Shown here piece after piece: positions 34,734 through 46,681 of a stretch of DNA of 47,713 nt. The DNA comes from Candidatus Altimarinota bacterium (GTDB lineage: Bacteria > Patescibacteriota > Gracilibacteria > BD1-5 > UBA2023). Numbering within the stretch: the first letter of the stretch is position 1; each line of letters starts with the position of its first letter. Where the stretch lies: the NCBI GenBank assembly GCA_043722085.1, contig JAYSPL010000126.1, positions 1 to 47,713 on the forward strand, in the 5' to 3' direction. Below the pieces are notes generated by a model, which was not told where the DNA came from, made no database searches, and was given only the letters and a program-made list of their open reading frames with translations. The translations under genes and the position numbers were made by a program.

Positions 34734-37700
34734 TTAACGGATACTTCCTGAAAGCATGTTCCCAGACTTGGGAGATTCAGTTCAGGAAATAGGTTGTTGA
34801 GTGGTCGGAATATCGATGATCTCAAAAAGAGCAAAGTAACTTTGTCCAAATGTACGTGTTAAAATCTGCTGCTGTTCAGTTGCATTTCATGCGGCCTTAA
34901 TGAGACTATCTCGAATTGGAACCAGGTACGAAGGAAGTGTAGATCAAGTCTTAGTAGACTCATTCATCATGGTGATCACATACTTCGCACACTTATTCTG
35001 TTTTTCATTTCTATTGACGACACTCAATGTTGGTCCGCGATAACTCTCATAATTAGTTCCGGCAATATCGATGAATTCTGTATCAGTTTTTAATTTTCAT
35101 CATTTGTATTCGTCGAGGGCAACTTGGAGACAAAGATTGTCAGTATCAACCAGTCTCAGATTCTGAGCTCTCATGGTGAGTAGCAGATGTTCAAATCGAG
35201 TGGTAAGCGCGCGACGGGGATCACGATCGATCGTTGCTGCATTGAGATCAGTCAGAAGGTATCCTAATTTCACTTTTTTCATTCGCTCTATAGTGACTTC
35301 TGGAGAAGGATCATAGAAAAAGGTTTCAAATTCAAATATAAGGCTATCATCGAGGTATCGTTTTGTATTTTCATTGATGAGGTACGTCATAAATGTTCCT
35401 ATTCGGTAGATTCCTTTTTTATTTGCTTCAGCGCCTTTTGGGGATAAAATACTCGAATAGAGTTCATTTCCAATGTTCTCAACATCTCCTCTTATATTTT
35501 TTTTGTCTGAAATTATTTTACCGCTTTCGAGTTGTGTAATAAAATAGAGGAGTATCTGATGTAGATCTACCGGACTCATATTTTCCAGTCGCTCTGGAGT
35601 GAGTATTTTCTTGATGGTAACACTCTTGGCTAAGGCTCATGCTCGTCTCACGACGGTACCTGGATCAACGCTATTCATAGCGGCAAGCGGCGTGATATAG
35701 TCCGTTCGGTAGGTGAATATACTCTCATTTTGATTGAGCTTGTTATACTTGTATTCATTCATTCCTGCACCGATCAAATTATTCCACCCATGAGGAAATG
35801 CCGACCTAAGGATATATGCAAATATGAATAAAAAGAACAAGATAGAAATAGTGACTTTGACTCATAGAGTATCTTCATCTTCTATCTCGGTATATGTAGT
35901 AAACGCAAGCGATGCGAGTCCCATGAGTACTATGAAGAGAAAGTAGACAAATACACCATACCATACGATTCCGAATGCACTGATCAAGAAGAGAAATCCA
36001 TAGACCATGACCATCATGATAATAGACTTGATACTGTTTCCTTCCGCCTCATCAGTAATAAAAAGATGTGCAAGGGTAATAATAAGGAGAATTCATCAGA
36101 CCATACAAGCATATCAAACGGGAAGGGTAATACTACTCATGAGGCTCGTTAAAAGAATACCGGTGGATCCAATAAAATAATAAGCAATCATGAGGCCAAT
36201 TCCTATCGCCACGATAATCGGAAATACTGCCGTTGTCCACTCTTTTTTACCATACCTTCGTCCCCTGACAAAGAGGAGAAGACTCGGGAGAAAGGCGAGA
36301 AATATATAGGTAATATCGGTAAATTCTCCGGATTGATTTTTCTGAAAAGTCAGATTAGCGGGAAGCTTGAGATAGTTATTGAGCCCACTTTCTTGTCCAA
36401 AATACCTGCTAAAGTCCTCATTTTGAGACTTGCCATCACTCGTAATACTCGATGATTGTTGTGCCTTTCGTTTTTCACTATATTCAGCCTTTGTATAGAT
36501 GGCCGAATAGTTATCAAAGCCAACTCAGGCATAGCCACCAAGAAAGCCATCCATTGTTCCTGATTTTTGATTTGCTGTAAAGAGCCTTGCCTCATATCCA
36601 TTTTTGATAAACCAAGGAGTGAGAGCTATGACAAGGCCTAGTATAAATACAAGATTTGCTATGATCCAGTTTTTAAACCGCTCTATTCCTTGTTGCCAGA
36701 TCGCCAATATAAGTCAGCCAACGCCAATAGCTCCACACATAAAGGCAATATTTCGTATGAGCTCAGTATTTTCTATTGGCATCCAGACGTTCATCTTCGC
36801 CCAAAGGTTTCCCCCCGTGAATATGCTCAGAAATAAGAAAAAGAATCCAAGAAATCCAAATAGACCAAGGATTCGATATGATATGAGGGCCAGACTCACA
36901 ATGATCAAGATCAAGGTCGTAAACTTGATACTAAATGCAATACCCACAATGAATCCGGCGAGTGCAATAAGGAAATAAAATCCGTGTTTTTCGAATTTTT
37001 CTCTGAGAGCGTACCAAAGTACGCCAAAGGCACTCACACTCACCATCATTAGCGCAGGATCGAGCTTCATATCCTTTGCCTGTTGAAATATAGTCATCGG
37101 CATCATATAGTAGATCCCGGCAAGAAGGAGAGGAAGCGAGAGTAGATACTTATGATTCTTGCGCTCGAGTATAACTGAGAGAATACTCGTGATAACAATC
37201 ATGGAGAGTATTCCGCCAAGTTGATTCACATAAAAGGCATTGGCGGCAATCTGGTTCCAGAGAAACCCACTTGCAGTAATCATTTGCCACGTATACATAC
37301 CAGCTCATTCGAGAACGTATCCTGTGAGTGCTATGATTCGTGGAAAGTTCATATAGACTCCCAGATCATCCCAGCCAATCGGCATCGGACGTATCGCGTT
37401 GATCAGGGATACAGAGATCAAGAAACTGATGACTAAGAACGCAAACTCAGCTGAAATCAGTCGAGGATTCATGAATCCTATCAGAGAGCCAGAATTACTA
37501 TCATGTTGATCATATTCAATACGATTCCTTATAATATCTCGATAGGTGGCTATCCATCCAGGAATAGCCACAATTGTGAGTATTGCTGCGAAGATGCAGA
37601 GTCCTGTGAGGGTAAATGCATGAAAAAATCCAAGTGCAAGCAGTCCACTCGAAAAAATAACGAGCCCCACTGATATCTCAGCGCCAATACGGATGCGGAG

Positions 37701-38135
37701 CAATATATCATCCCATCAGTTGAACCACTTCAGGAGAGAGTATCCTACTGCTCTCCAGAGAAGCGCGAGAAATAGCGGATACACGAGGAGAGAGAGTATA
37801 TGGCCGAATAATACAAGGCTCGAAGCTCCTCCTGTCATAAAAAAAGATGAACCAGTCGTAACCTGGGCTGCAGTATACGCGATACTCACAACCAGGATCT
37901 GGAGGAGCGAGAAACCAGTAAGGTGCCAAAACGTGAATCGTACTTTTTTTGGTTGATTGAGCACTGAAATAGTTTTATATATACCGTATATACATCCAAT
38001 AGCGAGTAAGTAGCCACCATATCCACTTGACGCCTCTATGTGATCAACCTGAGAAAAATTCTTTGAATAATAGGTAGCGATAATGTAGAGAACCCAAGGT
38101 ACAAATCCGATTGATGCCAGAATAAGTTGGAGCAT
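34734..38135 (-). CDS. very large polytopic membrane protein (1133 aa), possibly a GT-C-type glycosyltransferase, with a soluble C-terminal domain
   Basis: ORF-track pieces 37716.., 37305.., 36714.., 36525.., 35637.. and 35100.. all share one frame and are joined by TGA. About 20 hydrophobic segments. An acidic loop ..RPMPIGWDDLGVYMNFPR.. follows an early TM pair. The last ~330 aa are hydrophilic. Hand-translated to TAA 34734-34736. Confidence 0.7.
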
Positions 38136-38159
38136 AGAGTGGAGGTTATTGTTTTTTTA

Positions 38160-39668
38160 TTATGTATTACTTCGTATAATTTTCCAGGCATTCCTGAGGA
38201 GTACGAGATTTCCGAGTCCAAATATAATCAGATTCACGATCAATGCAATTAAAAGTATCAAAAAGGCTCAAGATCTGGTAGTATCATGGAGGCTTGTGAT
38301 CGTGGTAATTCAGAATATGACTCAACCAGCTATACTAACGAGTACTATATTTTTAAAGAATGGAATCCAATCAAATCCACTGTTATGGACACGTGTTGCA
38401 CGAAATGAGAGATACCAGAGTGGAATCCATGAGAGTCACACTGCAAGGGCGGATCACTCTACACCGTAGTGATGGATGAGAATATAATTGAGTATGATAT
38501 TGACAGGAAGGATGAGCGCGAGGATACGTGCTCGGTCTCAGATTTTTCCAGTACCAGCCAGGAATTGAAAATTGATCTGAACAAGAAGAAGAAAGGTTAA
38601 GAAAAATGCTGAATATCCAAGAATATGCCCAGATTCTCTGAATTTTTCACCAAAAAAAAGAATCGCGAGTGGTTCACCAAACTGGTAGAGAAAGATAGAG
38701 AGCCATATTCATAGTATTGAAAAATAGAGAGAAAATTCCCTATGAATCATCTGCATTTTTTGCACGTCATTTCGTCCGTGGAGTTCCGAAATAACCGGAA
38801 AAAGAAAAGCGAAAAGCGGTGCAATAAATATAAATGGAATATTGAGAAGTGATAGATAATTCGAGTAGTATCCAGTTGATTCTGATCCGAGTTGCACAAT
38901 GATCATCTGCATATCTACCTGCGAGAGGAGCGCACCAACATTGGCCGTGAGGAGTGTTGCAAGAGCATATTTGTAGAAATGATTACGTTCTATAAGATCC
39001 TTTTCTGATGGTATTCACTTGAAATATACACAATAATAGTAAGTATATGAAAAATAGAGCGAGAATATAAAGCCAATAATAATACCTCCGAGCCACGCCC
39101 ACATATAGGATTCAATAGATCATTGTCCTACTGCAAATAGGATAAATGTTCAGATTCCAGTGCTGATGAATTTGATAAATTCAGATCACTTCTGAAGCTT
39201 GGTATTTTGTGAAACACTGAATAATACGGTGGTAATATGAAATAGATTAATACCGATAAAATAGAGTCCAGATATTCTGAGGATATCTATAATCAATGGC
39301 TCATTGAAGTATACTTCTGCGAGCCATGGTGCAATAATAAACAAAGTACCCGCAATGAGTATGCTAGAAAAAAATTGTACGATAAGCGTCAGCTTCAAGA
39401 GATATTTTGCTTTTCCATATTCATTCCGGATGATATATTTTGGAAGAAAATAGTTGAGACTCTCCGTACATCCCAGGTCATTGAATGCTGAGAGAAGTGT
39501 TACAAAGCTCAGAACTCCATAGATCATACCAACTCCTCCAACCGAGAGATCATGAGAAATGATTATTTTGATAATATAGCCAATGGGACCAATAAGGAGT
39601 GTAAAAAAATACAACCAAAATCATTTTCTTACAAACTTCTCTGCCAGGGTTTCTTCGGAATTTAACAT
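38160..39668 (-). CDS. MOP-superfamily flippase (Wzx/MurJ-like polysaccharide or lipid-II flippase)
   Basis: 502 aa. MLNSEETLAEKFVRK[G]FWLYFFTLLIGPIGYIIKIII.. and 12-14 hydrophobic segments. Pieces 39186.. and 38709.. are in frame. TAA at 38160-38162. Confidence 0.75.
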
Positions 39669-39674
39669 ATATTT

Positions 39675-40352
39675 TTATAAGCAGTAAGTTCAGTGTTGAG
39701 TATCTGATACGATTTTCCCATTCTCAAAAGCAATCACTCGCTTCTTCATGGTATTGACGATCGTCTCATTATGCGTTGCCATGATAATGGTTTTTCCATT
39801 CTGATTGAGTTCTTCGAGCAGGTGCATGATCTCCATGGCATTCGTTCTGTCAAGATTTCCAGTAGGCTCATCTCCGATGATGATCCGAGGATCATGGATG
39901 AGCGCTCTTGCGATACAGGTTCTTTGTATTTCACCTCCCGAAAGCGTTTCTACAAATGTTTCTATCTTTGCAAGGAGTCACACCTTCGAGAGTACTTCCG
40001 GCACTCGACGTGCGATTTCATAAGCACTATACCCACATACCTCCATCGCAAACGCTACATTCTCTCGTACTGTTTTACGAGGAAGGAGCTTGAAATCTTG
40101 AAAAATAGTACCAAGTCCTCTGCGATATTTGAGGAGGTCTTTTGGAGAAAGAAGCGCAATATCGATGCCATGATCATCAAAAATATGTCAACTTTTTAGT
40201 TTTTTGGCACCAAGCATCGACTTGATAAAGCTCGTTTTTCCACTTCCTGAGGTACCAATAAGAAATACGAACTCACCAGGCTCAATGCTCAGGGAGATAT
40301 CACGTAAGATAGTACGTTCACCATAGGCGATGGTGATATTTTTATATTGCAT
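39675..40352 (-). CDS. ftsE: FtsE-like ABC transporter ATP-binding protein
   Basis: 225 aa. GTSGSGKTS (Walker A), [41 protein letters not shown] (signature), [12 protein letters not shown] (Walker B) and MATHN. Close to E. coli FtsE over its full length (from memory). Confidence 0.8.
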
Positions 40353-40355
40353 AAC

Positions 40356-43300
40356 TTATTGTGGTAATATATTTACAAAAAATGATTTCGATACCGTCTG
40401 AAAACTTCCATCGGTCGCGGTAATCTTGACGGTATGCTTTCAGGTAGTGAGTCCAGCTGTACTCACTGGGAATATGAATATATCGCCGCTCGTTGCATTC
40501 TGGATGATGGTATCATCCATCGTCACGGATATCTCACGAGTCGTACTCGACATACTGACTTGAAAACGAAGATTAAATGAATTTCATGCGTAGAGGTTGA
40601 GCGATGCTCATTTTGGGTTAATAAGATTAATAACGGGAAGCGTCTTCGTTGCAGGAGGAGCGCCACTATTACTCATAGGAATTCCCATAGCATTTGTGCT
40701 ATACTTATACCCATATATGTCAATAGCCTCCACAGTTGCATCATATACTTTGCCAAGATTCATTCGCATGGTTCCTGTTGTGCTACCACTCTCTCCGTAG
40801 AGTGTTTCCCTGATAGTTTTTCCATTGGAAACTACTCGTATCGTTTTGATGATACGATTTCCATTCCACTTGATCTCGATGAGATTGTCCTGTCCGAGTC
40901 CGACTGGCGATACATCGATGGTGACGGCTCACTCTATGCCTGGACGGGTACAGGGTTCTTTTGAGATTTCGAGTGATCCAGTTCCTACGCTATATTTTCG
41001 TGATGCTGTTAGAAATCCAGCAAACCAATCAGGATCATATCCATCAATAATCGGTTTATTCGTAGGGATATAGATAGTGAGGCGGGAATCGAGAGGAGTT
41101 TCAGGCGTTGCAACACCATTGCATAAAGTATCAATATCCGTTCATTCGAGTCCGCTATCATAGGTATCGAGTTTGACCGCCATGAGTGTAGAGCGAACGA
41201 GATCTGCTGGAGTATCTTTAGTGGCGAGATATCCCGTAAGTTTTGAGATGTTATATGTATAGATATCTTTTGGCTTTTTGAATTCTTCTTTTGGGAGATC
41301 TTTGAGGGCGTAGGTCATATAACTCTTCCAGATGGTTGCCGCACAATTGAGTCCATCACAGGTTCATTTTGTTTCCTTTCCATCCACATTTCCGGCCCAT
41401 ACCACGGTAGTAATTTGTGGAGTATATCCAATAGTCCAAAGGTCTCTTGGGAGTATTTTTTTCTGACCTCATTTGCTTACATCCTTATTGGAAGTACCAG
41501 TTTTTGCGGCTACCGTACGACCAGGAATAGAGAGGGCATTTCGCCAAAAGGTTGATTCAGGACGAGCATCATTGTTGGAGAGTATTTTCGATATGATATA
41601 GGCAGCTGCAGGATTCATGACTGCTTCTCCTGGTTGATCTTTGTGTTCTTCGATAGTATTTCCTTCGCTATCTGTGATTTTTTCTATCGTATAGAGTTGC
41701 TTCTTCAATCCATTGTTCGCGAATACAGAGTAGGCTTGCATCATATCGATCGGCTTCGCCTCGGCTGTTCCTATTGCTAGAGGTGCTCCATATCCAAAAT
41801 TTTCTTTGAGACTCGAGAGACCGAGAGTTTTTGCATATTTTACGATGGCGGCTTCTTGTCCGGCCAGGTAATACATCTTGATAGCAGGAATATTGCGAGA
41901 GTAGTCGAGAGCTGTCTCGAGCGACATCACTCACTTGAACTGTCGATCATAGTTATCTGGTTTCCATTTTCCAAAGGATATTGGCCCATCAGTCACGGGG
42001 CTTGCTGGTCCAATTGGATTTTTTGCAATTGCGAGAGAATATACGATAGGTTTGAATGATGACCCAGGCTGACGGATTGCCGTTATCATATTGTTGTTTC
42101 CACCATGTTCTGCATCAAAATAGTCAGGTCCACCTACCATAGAGAGGAGTTTCCCACTCGTGTTGTCCATACTCACGAGGGCAGCACTATTGGCACCATA
42201 TTGTGCCTTATTGATGGCGACTTGTTTTTTCACAGCTTCCTCAGCAAAGCTTTGCAGCTTTGGATCAATAGTCGTATAGACCTTGAGTCCATTGGTCACA
42301 TCGATATCTTTACTATACTTAGTTTCAAGGTATTCCTTGATATACATGACAAAGTAGGGGTACTTTATACTTTCAGTGTATTTCTTGAACTCAAATTCAA
42401 GGCCATCATAGATAATTTTTTTGAATATTAGGCCGTCGATTTTTCCATCTTCAAGCATCTGATTGGCGACAAAGTCCTTACGTCCGATAGTGTACTCTAT
42501 CGTATATTCACCGCTTCATTCGGCGGTATTGATATTTTTGGTAATGGCAATATTTCCAACAAAATCAAGCACCTCATTGAAATTGAGATTGAGACAACCA
42601 CTCGTATCTGGACTAAATGTTTGATTTTTTATAGCAGTAGCCTTGACTCAGCATACCTTGAGGCCACTTTCCGAGCGGTCCATAGTCATTCATGAAAGAT
42701 ACGAATGAAATGCAGAGTATATAGACTCATAGTCCTTTCTATCGGAGAGGGTAATGAGCATTTTGCTATTTTTTGGATCATCTTTTGGATATACTTCGAG
42801 CTTTCCCATAAGGCGGTCTCGGTGGAGGTATGGCGAATAATAGGTGGGTCACTTTGGAAGGGAAGCGAGAATAGTAGCTCCAAGTGGACCAACTTCTTTG
42901 GCACTTTTTCCAAAGTAGGTACGGGAAGCTTCCTCGATACCATTGGCATTATTTCCAAATGAAAAGGCATTGAGATACATCTCTAAAATTTTTTCTTTTG
43001 AATAGGTATTATTGAGCTTGTACGAAAGGTACATTTCCTGTAATTTTCTTTTTAGTGAATGCTCATTCGTCAGGATCGTATTTTTGATGAGTTGTTGAGA
43101 AATAGTGGAAGTTCCTTTTATGATCTCATTGGATCCAACAAGATACTTGGTTCCAGCACGAAGGAGTCCCATGAGATCAATTCCAGGATTTTCAAAAAAT
43201 GTGCGGTCTTCCGTACTGATGATTGCATCCTTGAGTGACTGAGAGATCTCATTGTAGGATATGTAGGTACGTTTTCCATCACCCTTGAAAAGGGTATAGA

Positions 43301-43577
43301 TAACTCCTCCATCTTTGTCATAAATAGTGGTACTTTCTCGAAAGTAGTTTCCGCTTGCGAGCGTCTCGATGGCTGGTGCTCCTCTCAGAAATACTCCCCA
43401 TAATACAAGGATTCCGATGGCTATAATAAGTAACAGTATCCCAATGATCCGGATGACCATGTGTCATTTTCTGATGGTGAGAAGGGACTGCATTTTTTCA
43501 ATATAGGAATTATCCCGATGCTGTGATCCAGATTCTCGAGATCTTGACAATATATGACCAATACGGGGGGTTTTCAT
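40356..43577 (-). CDS. class A penicillin-binding protein (PBP1A-type glycosyltransferase/transpeptidase) with a long C-terminal extension
   Basis: 1073 aa. TM, then GT51 motifs (STEDRTFFENPGID, GTSTISQQL, RKLQEMYLSYKLN). Transpeptidase motifs QPGSSFKP and KTGTSN. Then about 300 extra residues. Pieces 42849.., 41931.. and 41469.. share the frame. TAA at 40356-40358. Confidence 0.88.
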
Positions 43578-43603
43578 AGTTCAAATGGAGTGAGAAATAA
43601 TAA

Positions 43604-45238
43604 CTATAATTGTTCCCATTCACCAGGGCTAGTCTTATAGGGTGATGGAGTCGTGGTATTTTTATTCTGAAGGGCTGGTGTCTTGGGAGTGGTGAGGGGA
43701 GAGGGAGTTGATTTTTCTATTTTTTTCTCTCCTGATACGGATATTCCTGAAAGACTTGATGTCTCAATTTTTGGAAGGTATTGCACTGGTTTTGCAAAAG
43801 TAAAGTATTCCTTGTGGTCATTCCCGAGTACGATCTCTATTTTTGGTCCATCAGTGGTGACGTATTCATTACTACTGACGAAATGGATAGGAATTCGCAT
43901 ATCGAGCAATTTCAGTGCTTCCACAATCTGGGAGGTTGGTTCAATACCAATTCGATGCTGACTATTCCAATATATATTGATATGGGATGTCTGTATCTCT
44001 CCAGTAGCGGTCATGAGTGCATGCTTCGCGTCAAAATCAATTCCGATCTTTCGCATTTCCATAAGGAGATTCTTCGAATAATTGATTGACGCTTTTGTAT
44101 TGACTACAATAATTGGTTGTTCGGTGGTTTGTATTCCGGGGAATCGAAATACAAAATCTACGAATTGATTAATGCGATCATAATAACTTAGATGATTGAT
44201 CTTTGCTCATTCTGGTATAATGGCCGATGCCCCACCGAAATAGGTCATCGATGGGCTATAGAGATAGGCTCAAACCGAACAATTCGTATAGGTGATACAA
44301 TCATTCCCAAGATTATAGACGTGAATATTTGACGTATCAATGGAGGCAAAGGTGGTTCCGAGTGATACTATATCGCCTACCGTGAAATCCGTATTGATAT
44401 TCTTTCGGGTTGCATCGATGATTTCAGATATCTTAGTTGGACTTGAGATAATTCCAGCAGAAAATGCCTTAGTTTTTATAGCGTTAATAATCAGTTGTTG
44501 TCGGTGCGAACGGTCAAAGTCACTCGTTGAGTGCCGAGACCGAGCATATCGAAGTGCCGTCTCTCCATCCAGATTTTGGAGTCATTTTTTGATCGAGAAG
44601 ATCGTATAGTTATAATCATAGTCAGGATATTTCGGGTCGTAGAGATCTTTTTCTACGTTAACCTCAATACCACCAAGCGCATTTACTATATACTTAAATG
44701 CCGTAAAATCGATTACGATATAGTGATGGATTGATTGTCCAGTGACTTCGGATACCTTACTAGCAAGGAGAGATATTCCTTCTTTGCGAATAATTCCGAT
44801 TGGATAGAGTGCATTGATCTTTCATGCAGAACGCCCAGTACCATAAGCAACATAGAGGTCACGAGGAATTGAGATCATGGTAACGGATTTCTTTTCTTCA
44901 TCGAGCGAAGCGAGCATAATAGAATCAGCGAGTTCTCCACTCCGATCAATACCAACGATCAGGATATTTGTTACTCATTTTTTTGGTGGGATAGTTGTTC
45001 CTGTAGCATTGATAATAATTGGAATAAAAGTACTTCCATCTCATGCAGTACCAATTTTTACGCTTCAGATTCCTTGAATAGTATAGTTAATTCCAAAAAG
45101 ACAACCGAGAAGTACGAGCACTATAGCAATGATCTTTCGAATCTTTTTTTTGGTTTTTTGGATTTCTGGGATGTTGGCGGCAAGATCTACTTTTTTGAGT
45201 GGAGTATGATGGAGTTTTTTGGTACTAAAGTTTGTCAT
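43604..45238 (-). CDS. LytR-CpsA-Psr (LCP) family cell-envelope phosphotransferase
   Basis: 544 aa. Cytoplasmic tail plus TM, then NILIVGIDRSGELADSIMLASL..ISIPRDLYV..KINALY..IVIDFTAFKYIVNALGGIEVNV..ALRYARSRHSTSDFDRSHRQQ. C-terminal LytR_C-like region and a Pro/Thr-rich tail. Confidence 0.85.
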
Positions 45239-45244
45239 GGTACG

Positions 45245-45272
45245 ATTATAGAAAAAAATGATTTTTTTTCAA
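45245..45272 (-). promoter_or_regulatory. promoter of the LCP-PBP1A operon (-35 TTGAAA, 16-nt spacer, -10 TATAAT), implying a leaderless or near-leaderless mRNA
   Basis: On the minus strand: ttgaaa (45272-45267), 16 nt, tataat (45250-45245). Only 6 nt separate the -10 from the ATG at 45238. Confidence 0.45.
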
Positions 45273-45307
45273 AAGAAAATATGAGGATTATTCATGGGTA
45301 TTTCTCC

Positions 45308-45335
45308 TTGACAGAAAACAAAAAACGACTACATT
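45308..45335 (+). promoter_or_regulatory. promoter of rsmH-ftsL-recR (-35 TTGACA, 16-nt spacer, -10 TACATT)
   Basis: ttgaca at 45308-45313 and tacatt at 45330-45335. The predicted transcription start falls downstream of ATG 45339, which favours the TTG 45384 start for rsmH. Confidence 0.4.
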
Positions 45336-45383
45336 TTAATGAGTTTCGTTGCATGTTTTTCTCTATTTTTTCACTGTTTTCTT

Positions 45384-46298
45384 TTGCATCACGCGCCTGT
45401 CCTCATCCGTGAAATAGAAGCATTATTCTACCCGAGACATACGCATCAGACGGTCGTCGATGCCACACTCGGACTAGGGGGTCATGCGAGTATGTTTTGT
45501 ACTCATATGTCACCGTGAGATACCTTTATTGGGATTGATCGCGATGGTGATAATCTCACTATCGCACGTACGCGCTTGGACTCAGTGGCACCACTCGTTA
45601 CCAAACACCTCATTCATTCGAGTTTCGCTGATGTGGATACGATCTTAGGAGACCTTTCGATTGGTACGATTGATTTTATTCTCTATGATCTCTGAGTGAG
45701 CAGTGCTCACTACGATGATGGAATCAGAGGCTTCTCTCTGAGGTTTGATGCGCCGCTCGATATGCGATTTGATCGGTCTAAGGGGCATACCGCTCATGAT
45801 CTTGTGATGACACTCTCTGAGTATGAACTGCGGGATCTGATGTTTAGATACGCTGATGAAAAAAAAGCCGTCCATATCGCGCGAGCGATTGTCGAAACAC
45901 GTAAGACTCAGTCTATTGACACCACCTTTGATCTTGTCGAAATCATTGGAAAAGCAAGCTATGATGATCATTCTCCCAAGCGTGTTTTCCAAGCACTCAG
46001 AATTGCCGTCAATAGGGAGTTTGAGCATATCGAGATATCCATCAAAAAAGCAATAGATATACTCAGTATTGGATGACAGATTGCTATCATTAGCTTCCAC
46101 TCGATCGAAGACCGAATCGTCAAAAATCTGCTTACTCCCTATCTTACTGGAACGATTGATGACTTCACTGGACAGACTACTGTCCCTCCTCGTCTCACCA
46201 AATACAATAAAAAACCGATTCTCCCTACCGAACACGAAATCAGTGAAAATCCTCGAAGTCGCTCAGCAAAACTCAGGGTCCTCACTCGTATCAACTAA
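45384..46298 (+). CDS. rsmH: 16S rRNA (cytosine1402-N4)-methyltransferase
   Basis: (M)[27 protein letters not shown].., DL[G][26 protein letters not shown] and [16 protein letters not shown] start at 45384 gives a canonical N-terminus. The in-frame ATG at 45339 would add 15 hydrophobic residues. Confidence 0.88.
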
Positions 46299-46308
46299 TT
46301 TTTACTTC

Positions 46309-46674
46309 ATGAATGCGAATGTCCTGGTGGCCAAAAAATGACATCTTTCTTTTTTCTCCGAGCGTCGCGCTGCTCGTGAGAATTTTCGACTTTCTTTTTC
46401 CCAGGCCTACATTCTCGCGATTGTTCTCATTGCATTTCTTGGAATCTACTATATCTGGATTCTCAATCAAAATGCCACAAAATGATACCAAATTCGTGAA
46501 CTCCAGGGACAATACCGTGAGCTCACATTTCAAGAGAATCTTCTCGTTATCCGAATAGCTGAGTGAAAATCAATAGACGCTATTATGAATGCCAAAATCA
46601 TACAATCAATGCAGACGGTAGATGCTTCCACGTTTCTGGTTATTAAAGAACCACGATTTACTCTCAAAAATTAA
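46309..46674 (+). CDS. FtsL-like small bitopic cell-division protein
   Basis: 121 aa, found by eye, with three TGA. A short basic N-terminus, one TM (AYILAIVLIAFLGIYYIWIL) and a coiled-coil-like segment. Its position directly after rsmH is the ftsL slot of dcw clusters. Confidence 0.5.
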
Positions 46675-46681
46675 AATATCC

